In this document: positions 38,514 to 49,825 of the stretch, piece by piece | How positions within the stretch are numbered: the first letter of the stretch is position 1 | How the letters are laid out: each line of letters starts with the position of its first letter | From: Takakia lepidozioides | Taxonomy: Eukaryota > Plantae > Bryophyta | DNA: 64,000 nt | NCBI GenBank assembly: GCA_030704615.1 | Contig: CM060731.1 | Coordinates: 18,414,001-18,478,000, forward strand | Reading direction: 5' to 3' | Translations under genes and position numbers: made by a program | The notes under the pieces: generated by a model | Told to the model about the DNA's origin: nothing | Seen by the model: the letters and a program-made list of their open reading frames with translations, nothing else | Database searches by the model: none

Positions 38514-38959
38514 CATGTCTACCCACATTTTCTGGGCGCTGAAGTATGCTTGTACTTGATGAAGGAGGTCAGCTAAATTGATCACTCTCATTCCCGGTAT
38601 TATTGTCACAAACTTGATATCACCTTGTTTTGTTTGTAGATCAAGCTGTACATATGGTTTAGGTTTAAGTTGCCGACACTTGTCATTCTCACCTCTTATT
38701 TTCATTGAACCGTCCTTGTACATATGAGAACCACCTTATACCAGCTCGATTTGTACATACATATCTTCGAGGTCAATGCCTTCCAAAATAAAGTCAATCT
38801 TGGGAAGTGTAATATATTCAAGCTCAATTGTTGCATCTAAGGACTCACCTTCTTGCTTTCGTGCTTCATGTTTCACCTCTTGTTTAACTTCTATTTTTCG
38901 TTCTTATTTTGCAGCATCACTTACTTGTTTTAAAGCTAGGTGAAGGTGTTGGACAAAGC

Positions 38960-41075
38960 ACCCGACGACCATAATGCGATATTCGATGTTGACGATGATG
39001 TAGCAATGATAGCTTTGTTGTATGCCCTCATTGAAACTCCAGTCTCTACATGTGGGCAAAGTTACAGCATGAAATTGTTCTCAAATCTCGTTGCTAGAAC
39101 TCTTGCGCAAATCCATCTTGTCTTTTTTATGCAAATCCTCTTATCTTCTCCTCCACGCCATATGTCAGTAGTAATTTGTAATATTTCGTGGAATTTCATG
39201 GGAGACATGCTTGAAATTTAATGTTGTCACACTTGCTTTGTGTATGTATTCACTACGGAAGCTGTAGGCCGAAGACAAGCAAGCCCACTTAAGAACACAT
39301 TTTGGAATGATTTGCCCAATGTCGTCTTGTTAGGAGACAAAGTGTTGCAACGGCGATGCGGTGCTGCTGTGTGTGGTTTGTCTTGTGGAGAGAAAGAAAG
39401 AAGGAACGAAAATTTTATTTTGTCTAGGGGAGGCGCTAATAACCCAATGGACACCACAATACAAAACCATGGAACTACTTTGGCACTATGACAATCAGAA
39501 ATATAGAATGAAAGACGGCTTCAATTTGTGTGTATGCGTGAGAGTGAGAAGAGATTGTGCCTTGGAAACTTAATTACCTTTGCATCATAAATTGCTGAGG
39601 TCAGTGTCTGTCAATTTTTCTGTTGAGTTTTTTTTTATAGCCTTGCTCAAACCTCCTGACAAAATAAACAAAATCAGAATTGGTCAGGTTGCTAACAGTC
39701 ACGCATGAGGGTCAAATTGGTGGCAATGAATCTGATTCAGCCCGTTTAGTTTTCTTGATCAACAGTGTGGGAATGTTTTATTCGTAGGTGAATATGAGGG
39801 TGCTAAGAGAAGGAAAATCTTTGGAATACCCGAAATCATCATTTCAGGTATATTAATTTTTTCTCACATGATTTCCCCTCTTATCACACTTGCATACTTG
39901 CTTCCATATTATTGTATTGTATTATCTTGATGTCAGTACGAGCAGCACCACTAACCGGAGTAGCAGCATCGACTATAGGTCTAACGTCGTGGCGCCCTTG
40001 GGCTCAGAAGTTGGCCGACCATATCGTTGAACGAATTGTAGCAAACTCATCATTTGTGGATTCAAGCGTCGTGTTTAAGCTGTCTTTCCCCGCAATCTTC
40101 TCGATTGAAGGTGTCTCGTGAAGAATATGGGACGTAAGAAATATCAAGAAGTGCGCAATGCACTTTTAAGGTTGAAAATATAGGAATGGGATGTACACCA
40201 GATTCACGTGTGAAGGTAGATCGATGCAACTAACGGAAATGTGCATGATTACTCAGAAGCGGGCTTGTGGGGCGACAATGGTAGTAGAAAATCTCATATT
40301 TTAGCGGGACACTAGCATGCGATTTGTTATGCGCATTCCGTAAGATAGCCACTGGGGAGCAGCAATACCAGTGGGTTTATAGAAACCTGACTGTGATCAG
40401 ATTTTGCATGACAAACGGTGGATTCTTGAAATGGAGAAGTCATTAATGTTAGCATGTGTAGAGGATAGTGCAACATACATGCAAATAGCCGCATTGGAAG
40501 ATGATGGGTCCGTGGTGAAATTTACAAACAAGAGGCAAACAAATGTGTTTGTATTTACTTGATAGTTGATCAAGACAATGAGTTGGAGCCTAGTAGTGAT
40601 GATTTGCAGAAGGCAAAGAGGACAACAACACGCGATCTGATCATGAGCTGTTCCTCTCTTCATGTAGTCCATCGGGGTGCATCTGCAAACAACCGCAATG
40701 GCCAGAAATGGAAAGTAAAACAATTGAAAAATAGCGAAGATCTGGCTTTTTGGTGGATTTACAGAGAATGGATATAGCTATTGGAAGAGCCATTGTAACC
40801 CCGCAGTCAACAGCACTATATTTCAAGCATGTCTCCATGAAAATTCCACGGAATACTATAAATTACTATTGACATAGGGTGTGGAGGAGAAGACAAGAAA
40901 ATTTGCACAAAATGGACAAGATGGATTTGCGAAAGAATTCAAGCAACGAAATTCGAGAACAATCTAATGTTATAACTTTGCCCACATGTAGGGATTGAGG
41001 TTTTAACGAGGGCATACAACAAAGTTACATTGCTTCATCATCGTCACCATCGAATATTGCATTGCGGTCGTCATG
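38960..41075. repeat. Diverged ~255-bp inverted duplication (38960-39218 vs 40820-41075) of a decayed unknown coding sequence
   Basis: Examples: tttgttgtatgccctc / gagggcatacaacaaa, gcaaatccatcttgtc / gacaagatggatttgc, gagacatgcttgaaat / atttcaagcatgtctc. Confidence 0.75.
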
Positions 41076-41329
41076 TACTTTATTGAAAACCTTTGCTCCA
41101 ATCCTATCTGTTGTCTCCGACTTCAAGACAAGAAATTTTAACTGGGATAGCCACTTCATGTCCACAAACAGCCCACCTGCGACCGTATCCGCGGTTGGGA
41201 GTTGGACGGAATGTGGATGTGCAACTACAGACTTTGGGGTAGTGAGTTCAGTGGAGTATCAACGTATTTTGCTGCTCGCACTTATGGTATATATAATAGT
41301 AAGAGCTAATAAATTGTCAAAACCCTTTA

Positions 41330-41985
41330 TATTGGCTTCTTGTCTCCTGTCTATATTGAAAATATAGATATATTAATATGCTATAAATATACATTAAAAA
41401 AAACTCTATGATAGATATTAAATGTGTGTAAATTTATTTATTTTTTATGTTTAAATATTTTAAATCTACTTCAGTTTTGATTTATAAAACCTTTATAGAA
41501 CCCATTTTTGAACTTCAACATTGTTCATTTTTGTCAAATCTCTTGTAATATTATTTTCTTTATTTCTTTTATTTTCTTAACATATTCAATATAAATATGC
41601 AACACTTCTAAATATTAATTATGATAAAACCACTAAACAGAAATCAGTGGTTTGCCCAGTTTCCAAAACCCTCATAAGTTCAACCCTTTGGTTTTGTGGT
41701 GAGCACATTAATCAATTTATTAATATAGTGCGATACTGTATACATTATAAATATGGTAATGATAATTGCTAGTGAAATGTCAAAACTAGACTTAATATTG
41801 AATCTTTTATCTCTTGTATGTAGTTTGGATAATTAAAAATATAGATCTATCGATATATTTTAAATACACATCAACAAACTCTATGATAGATGTTAGATGT
41901 ATGTACATCCATTTAGTCTCTATGTTTGATTATTTTAAATTTTCTTGCTAAGATTTTGATTTATAAAAATATTTATAGAACCCCG
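41330..41985 (+). repeat. Diverged AT-rich direct repeat (~41330-41505 vs ~41805-41985)
   Basis: Shared aaaatatagat..aaactctatgatagat..ttttgatttataaaa..tttatagaaccc. Confidence 0.6.
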
Positions 41986-42689
41986 CCCTTGATAGGGAGC
42001 CCATAAAATGATAGCATTTTCTTACGTCAGCAAGTCTTTTCTCTCTATAATAAAAATTGTAGCATTGATTGATCGAATATGTTCTGATTTTCAAAATAAA
42101 AATTAAGTCAAAAATTTATTGAAGTGTAATTTTCTTAAGATCTGGTGTATTTTGTTTTTATTTAAAGTTGAAAATATCAAGAAATATAAGAAGGAAGGAA
42201 GAAATGGAGCAAAACTCTTGCCAAAACACAAACATATGTAACTTATGGTATCCCTTTACCCTAAAGGGCTCTTACCTGGTACTAAAACTACTGATATATT
42301 ATCTGCTTTTACAAGCTTGTCTTCAGTTCATTTTGACTCACCCGGGCATTAAAGGCTCCTAACAAGGCCACATGCCTTTGGCAAGGAACTTAGCAGAATC
42401 GAGCTTAACTTCTTTGAATGCTTTATCGGTGCTTGGAAGAGCTTCAACATTTGACCTCGAATGAAAGGTCAAAACAGGTCCCTTTGCCAGGGACTTAGTG
42501 AAAAAGCCCAAACTAGGGAACAGTCCATTGTGGAATATTTAATAGGTGACACACCAGTGTTCTCAAAATTCTACGGTTAATGTATTGACAATAGTTTCTC
42601 AAAATATATGTGAAAAAAAGATAGCTAGCGGATCAAGTTATGGGGCAAAAACTAAAGTTGTATGCACAAATTCTGTACTGTAACCTAAT

Positions 42690-43092
42690 ACTAGGGTAGC
42701 CTGTGCTGTTGGCCCAAGTGTCCAGGGTCATCTAAGCCTCCCAAGGGTGACCTCCAGGGTAGCACGTCTGTTGGCCCAAGTGTCTAGTGTCATGTAACCC
42801 AGGTGCAAGATCTCATATGTATCCCAGTGCGTCTTCTATGTCGAGGCCCAAGTGCGACCTCTTTAGGGTAGTTTGTGCCATTGGCCCATGTGTGAAGAAT
42901 TGAAATCTAAGACCAACTGCAATTTCCAATATCCCAGTGCGTCTCCTATGTCAAGGCCCATCTAAGCCCAAGTGAAATCTTCTATTCATGCATCCAAGTG
43001 CATCTCCCCTGTAAAGGCCCAAGTGTCCACTGTCATCTAAGCCCAAGTGCAATATCCTATGTATCCAAGTACGTCTACCATGTCAAGGCCAG
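42690..43092 (+). repeat. Degenerate minisatellite (ggcccaagtg / catctaagccc / atcccagtgcgtct..tatgtc)
   Basis: Multiple imperfect copies of GGCCCAAGTG and associated blocks. Confidence 0.7.
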
Positions 43093-43130
43093 TTTTTGTT
43101 TATTATTATTTTTTAATTGAATTTATTGAG

Positions 43131-43418
43131 TAGTAATATAGCCAATCATTATTGATATCTCTCCTGTCGAGGCTCCAATCATTGCCCCAAGAACCCACTT
43201 TGCTATTTTTCGCGAATTTCCATCTACCAAAAGTACTTGAAATTCCATATCTCCCACATCACAGGTCCAAAAATCATGAGACCAAGCCGGTGCCACCCCT
43301 CCTCATCGAGGGCTTTCCAACGGTACCAAGCACCAGCGCTGGGCACCGCGGTTTGGGACATCTCAACGTGACAAAACAAACAAAACAAACAAACAAACTG
43401 GCTTCCTTCATAAATTGA
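43131..43418 (-). mobile_element. Possible short non-autonomous Helitron
   Basis: Minus strand starts a|TCAATTTATGAAGGAAGCCAGTTTGTTTGTTTG (Helitron-type 5' TC end). The 3' end is only CTAC|T rather than CTAG. Confidence 0.4.
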
Positions 43419-43944
43419 TACGGTGTAAGCATGACCTTAAAGCTCTAGATACCCTAAGAAAATAGATTGATAGAGATAGAGTTGTTGCTCCAGAATGAGG
43501 TTTATATGCTAAAGTATGTTATTTTTCTCGTATACTTTATTGATGTATATATATATGTGGTTGTCATATGAAATACAAGTAGGAATGGATTATTACGGTT
43601 TGAAATGTTCATTAACAACATACAAACCTACATACGCGATGTTTGTATATTTTAGGTATTATCTATAAAAGAAACAAGTGTGTGATTAAAAAAATCAGCC
43701 ATTACATTTACTTGACTTTTGATGTGAGAGTTTGTGGCACTTGTGAAAATATCCTCAGGTGGTGTAACTATTGCCCATACGATGTTATATAATTGAACAC
43801 CAAGCATTCTTTGGATCTAAATTCACTGTGTCATTTTTAGAAAAAACTTTAAAATACTAAATTGTCATTATTAAGACCCACTTACTTGTATGTTAAAGGC
43901 TACAAAACGTCATAAACAAAAGATATTTGGTTTTTAGGCTTGCA

Positions 43945-45813
43945 ATGAGTTGCGTTGGAAACGTTCAAGTTTTTGTGGTGGAAGCAAGGAATTTGATTCC
44001 TCAAGAACCGCATGGAACTTTAGATTCATACGTCATGCTTGAGTTAATAGGCAATGGGAAGGTATGGTTATATATCTTTCTCTCTAATATAAATGTTAAC
44101 AAGATATTTTATTTATAATTTATTCTCTTGTGGTTGTCACGTAAGATATACACCCTATTGTGTTATTGAGATGGATGCATGCAATTGTTTCTTGGCCAAA
44201 ATTTTATATACATATAAATAAATTGATTAAATATTAAAGATAATATAATATAATATTCATCAAGATTAAAAAGTATAGTGAATTATAACCAAATTTTATG
44301 ATGTATTGTGGATTTAGACATTTATTTTAACACAAGACACAACATTACTTTTGAGAAATATCACACCTTCTAATACAAGATGAAGTATCAAAAAGATAAT
44401 GCGAGACTTATTTTTATTATAATACTTATATGAAACATCCATCGTTAATTGAATCTTTTTGGGATTAACTGTATAATATCGGCTATATGTTTGTTGGTCA
44501 TTGAGGAAGAGGAAAATTATCATCATAAATCTCTTAAAACTCAGAGTAATGTATCATAATTGTTGAGCAATGTGATTTGCATGTATTGATAATACTCCAA
44601 TTGTTGCTCTTACATGTATGCTTCAAGCTAATTTGTTACATTGTCTCGTTTCCAGTAAGTTTTACTCATTAAGTATTGTCCTTTCACAAGTTGATCCATG
44701 TGTTCTCACCATGCCTAATAGGTACGTACTATGACAATGAGAAATAATCTCAATCCAGATTGGCTTACAGATTTCAAATTACGGATGTATTCAGAGAATT
44801 CATATTTGTTGGTTAGTAACCCTCTCCTAAACCCTCTTAGTAAGTTTTGTTTTCTAAATCAAACTATATATTAATGTATGTCATTGAACAAGTTTGTCAA
44901 TGCGTGTTTTTCAATATGCTGGAAGGAGTCCATAAAATAAAATTTGTTGTGTTGGGTATTCAGATTTCCGTGATACATGAGAATAAGGCTTGTGATCGAG
45001 AAGTTTTGATTGGTAGATCATCCATATGTATGAAAGAGTTTGTAGACATTGAGAGAACTGTGCAATGGTTGACTATCAAAGACGTTAATTCGAAAGATGT
45101 TGGAAAAGTTTGTCTTGTTATATGTTATTCAAGAGCTTTGACTACAATACTTGGTATTTCATAACTCAATGTTTGTATAAGTATTTAAAAACCGCTATGT
45201 AACATGTTTGATTTGTATCATTTTGACCGTATTAAAATGTGTGTATATATATATATATATATAGACATCCATTATAAGTTCCATATAACATGACCTTCTG
45301 TATATTTACATGTAGTAGAATATGATATGTTTGAGGATTATTACAGATGTAGCTGGTACAACAAAAGAAAATGATGAAGTATCGTATTATACAAATGTTT
45401 CTACTTCAAATGTGGCTTCTTTGTGGGAAAATCCCATCAATTGCAACTCATTACTTAAGTCTTTGTCGCTTCAACAACATATATTGTCATTGTTAAAATA
45501 TATGGGATGGTCAACCCAAAATGCAATTACATCATCTTCAACACCATCTCTTTTAAGGAAATCAAAGCAAGGGACCATTGTGCAACTTAATTCCAACATA
45601 GTTAGTCAACCTACTAATGTACCTACACAAGTCTTGGAATCTTCTTTGAGCTCTTACGAGGAAATCAAAATAACATCACCCTCCCGACCACCTCCTATAC
45701 ATAAAGGAAGAACCCAAAGCAACAAGTTATTTACAATTGTTGGATCTACGGTAGCATTTTTCTTGGCCACAATGGTGGTGGGAAATCGAAAAAAAAAAAA
45801 CTCAATTCTATGA
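43945..45813 (+). CDS. C2-domain protein with a C-terminal hydrophobic anchor (~287 aa)
   Basis: Exons 43945-44061, 44722-44811, 44964-45153, 45347-45813 have GT-AG borders and compatible phases. C2 motifs VFVVEARNL..DSYVMLEL, RNNLNPDW..F, LIGRSSI, QWLTIKD..VGKVCL. C-terminus FTIVGSTVAFFLATMVVGNRKKK. Confidence 0.8.
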
Positions 45814-46257
45814 GGTTGGAAACCCCCATCGATATCTTTTATTCTATATTGAGTTGTCATTTTTTGTTTGTTCCATTCATGATATGCAATTACATGGACA
45901 GTTAACTTAATAATATTCAATAGAATCAAGTATTCATGAAAGACTCAACCAACCATTATGTTGTTATATATATTCAGCAATAAATTTGGTGCTATTGGAC
46001 GTTATATTTATGGGAAGGAAATGATACAACTCGCTATGAGAAGGTTCATTTCATATTAATAATAAACTTACTATATAATTTCCATTTTTTCGTAATCCAA
46101 AGCGTAATTCCTGCAAAGGTGGGCTCTTGGCTCCTGTTAGTAACCATGATTTGGTATTCTTCCTGATGTTTACAAGGTTCTTGGGAGAGTCAGCTTGGTC
46201 TTAGTAGGCCGTGTTTCAATTTCTGCCTACTCAGCTGCACCGTGGTGGTTCTCCCAG

Positions 46258-46960
46258 ACCAATCCGACATTATCGGACTACAAACATAAGCAGCATACAC
46301 AAGAGGTTTTTTTGGGTTGATGGTCGGTCAAATCCTCCATGGGTCATGCAAAAGGTCAAGGACTTTCTTCTTCGACCTATTTCAGCCTGTTTTGCCCTCT
46401 CATCAGACTCCACCCTGAGATGCATATGAGTTCTGTAAGTTAGCTCGTAGGGTGGATCTGTGGTGGTTTGGAGTGACTTTGACAAGTTACTGCCGATGTG
46501 GCAGCGGGAAGTATCCAAAAACAGAACAAATAACAGTGATGAGGAAAAGCTTTGGAATGAACACTTTTCCGACCCCAGTCAATGGTGGGACAATGGAGAC
46601 AAAAAGGTGAATGTCTGTTGGACTACAGAAAGAAGCAGATGCAATTCAGAAGTGGAACTACTGTAATAAATAGGGTTGGGGTGTTTGCTGGAAGAACTGC
46701 ACGTCGTCAGTGTCAGCTGCTAGCAGCAAGGCTGAGGATGTATTCATGATTTGTACACATGTATTCATGATTTGTACACAGGCAGGGATAGCTGAAGGAC
46801 CAGGGATAGAGGTCCAGATTCATCCAAGAGGGCCGGAACTCAAACACAAGATTACTTTTGATTCCCTGTAGATCAATAGCTACAAGAAATCTGCGTGGGT
46901 AGATGGTCAACTGGAAACAACAGCGGCAGCAGCACCATTGATAGAACAAGGCACCGCTAA
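46258..46960 (+). pseudogene. Exons encoding OSB-type PDF (ssDNA-binding) motifs
   Basis: 46258-~46360 TNPTLSDYKHKQHTQEV-WVDGRSNPPWV; 46535-46606 SDEEKLWNEHFSDPSQWWDNGDKK; GT-AG intron 46607-46817; 46818 onward IHPRGPELKHKITFDSL*INSYKKSAWVDGQLE. Confidence 0.75.
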
Positions 46961-47479
46961 TGAAGGCACATTCTTCAACACATTTCACCCTTTTTTTCCC
47001 TGGTATGAGAGTCGTCCCTAAATTTTCATGTTGAGTTCTGCAAGTTACCTCGTTGGTGGATCTATGGTGGTTTTAATGGCAGCACACCTGTTTAGACGGC
47101 TAAACTCTGAAAAACATGCAACGGCCACTGTCCGTGATTGTCCCTTGCAATTGTGGAGCATGTCCACCATTGGAGCCAGCTTTGCACTATATGCAACAGA
47201 ATACCGGCAGCCCCCATCCACTTTCATGCAGCACCAAAGCACGATTGCTGCACCTATCCTCTCTTCAAAGACCTTCATAGTTGCAGATCACAACAAAAGA
47301 AGTTTAGTAACCAATGTACGGCAGGGGAATCTTAACAAGGGGTTTGCTTTCCTAAAATGGTGTGCAAAAGTCCTACATGTCGGGGAGTAGTGCTGATCTA
47401 AGTTTGGCTCACACTAAACACAGATGACACCACAATATGCCATGTGCCTTGATGTGTTTGTACTGAAGTCTTGATGTTA

Positions 47480-48559
47480 CAAAAGAGGGTTGAAGCTAAG
47501 CTCTGACATCATCAAATATGGAATTACTCCAGATATCATTTTCAAGACTGCCCTTGTCAACATGTATGCCAAATGCGGGAGCATGAAGGATGCGTGTCAA
47601 GTGCTCAACAATATGGCTGTACGGAATGTTCTCTCATGGAATCCAATGATTGGAGGATATGCTCAGCATGGGTAGAGTAGAGAGGCTTTTCAGATGTATG
47701 AGTCAATGATGTGGGATGGGGTGACACCCAATAAGGTCTCATTCACTTGTGTTCTCGGTGCATGTGCAGGCTTGGTAGCCTTGGACAAGGGCAGAAAGGT
47801 CTATGGGGATATAATCAAAGCTGAAATTGCTCCAGATATCATTCTGGAAAATACTCGTGTCGACATGTATGGGAAATGCGAGAGCTTGAAGGATGCACGT
47901 CAAAGTGTTTGACAATATGGCCCAAGGGAATGTGGTCTCATGGAGCTCAATGATCACGGGGTATGCCCAGCATGTGTGTGGTTGGGAAGCCCTCCAACTA
48001 TTTGAACAAATGCAACACAAAGGAAGCCAAATGGTATCACCTTTGTATGTGTTCACTCTGCATGTACCCATGTGGGCTTGGTGGATGAAGGCAGTCACCA
48101 CTTTGATTCCATGAGTCAGGATCATGGCGTCACCCCTACTGCTGAGCATTTTGGCTGCATGGTGGATCTTCTTGGCCGTGCAGGGCAATTGGATAAGGCA
48201 GAGGGCTTCATCGAGAGAATGCCATTTGAACCAGGTGCTGCTGTGTGGGGGGGGCATTACTTGCCGCCTGCAGACTTCATCAACGATATGGATCGAGCAG
48301 AACTGCAAAATGCCTTCTCAAGGCAATCTAGAATATGTTGGATCTTATGTGCTCTTATCCAATATATTGCGCTGCTGCTGGGAGGTGGGATGATCAAGCA
48401 AAGGTAAGAAAGATGATGAAGGATGCAGATGTGAGAAATGAGCCAGGGCACAACTGCATAGAGGTGGAGAACCAGGTGCATGAGTTCTGTGTAGATGACA
48501 AATCACATCCACATATTGAGAAAATACATGCTGAGCTGAGGAGATTGTCTTTGCATTAA
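47480..48559 (+). pseudogene. PLS-class PPR pseudogene with E/E+ domain, DYW truncated
   Basis: ALVNMYAKCGS repeats, EHFGCMVDLLGRAGQLDKAEGFIERMPFEP, and PG box NEPGHNCIEVENQVHEFCVDDKSHP. Stops and frameshifts. Confidence 0.9.
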
Positions 48560-49825
48560 GGGAGGACAGCTAAACAGCTTCTCAAAGAAAGCAACTTCAT
48601 AGAGCCTTGTTTTAGTACGTGACTCCCTATTTGTGGTGTTGTATTGAGGTGCACATTTATTTGACAGCAAGTTTCAGTGTGGCTGCTTGAAGCTTTTAGT
48701 CGATCTATCAATGTAGCAAGCACAACATCATAGCTAGTTTCTACTTTACAGAAGAGCTCATAATGATAATATCACCAAACTCATTTGTCCGTTGCACTAT
48801 ACTTGTCATCACAAGTTTACTGGAGAACATACTAACATTGGTGCATATCAAGATTCAGATGCTTCTGGAGGTGATTTAAATGCCTCCAAACTGAGGGATG
48901 TGAAGATTCCTAGCTTGGAGTCCTGTGGTGAGCTCTTTCACTCCTGGGTGTTTATCAAACTATCAAACTTGGCTGCGCTATCATGGGAACTTTCAAGGTT
49001 GTGGCGCCCTCTGCTGTTCAAGAAGGGGGAACTTGGAACAAATGAAGTAATCCATTGCAATATGTGAGGGATGAAGTCGCCGGACTTTCTCATTTACATG
49101 TACCTGCACACAGGAAGATGATACCCCTAACTGGGTGGGACACATTTGCGCCATCATTTCCTGGGTTAAATGTCATCAGAACGTACTTATGCCATCTGTT
49201 TGTTTCTAAATGCAAGGAAACCTCATGGAAGGGCAATGAGCTTGGCATTCTTTGCATGAGAGAGAGGGCAGGAGATAGTCAGTGGCCAGTCAAGCTGCAG
49301 ACTAGCATCAGATTGCTTGAAAATCTGTTCGGTGATAGAAGACTGTGGGCTCGTGGTCTACACAAAAAGACTGACTACCTTGAGCAGCAAGAGACAAATT
49401 ACACAGTTTGCCTGAAAAGAATGTAATCGAATTCCCCAAGAGTACGAATGATGTCTACAACAATTTAGTGTATCCAATGTATCATTCAGACCTATAAAGT
49501 AGAGGAGGCCGGCATCAGTTGGTGGCTGAACAAACTTGTGCACAAGGCTGCCCCTCTCATCAAGCTCATTAAAATTCGTATTCACTTCCATCTTCAAGCT
49601 TTGGAGAAGCTCCACCACCCAAACCCAGAATTAGGACAGCACTCTGATTTCCATCCACTGTCACCAGAATCAGTAAAAAATCACCCTTCAGTCAAGTGCA
49701 ATTGTGGGCTGACTTCCTACCTATGCCGGGTAGACCCCACTATCAGGAAATGGTGGACAGTCTAAGTAGCTACACAGATCAATGAATGAAGCAAGACACT
49801 AGCATCTTTCCAAGAAAACATCCTT

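Noticed and set aside
48600-49800. Short ORFs between the convergent PPR pseudogenes
   Set aside because: No recognisable motif or consistent exon structure, so left unassigned.
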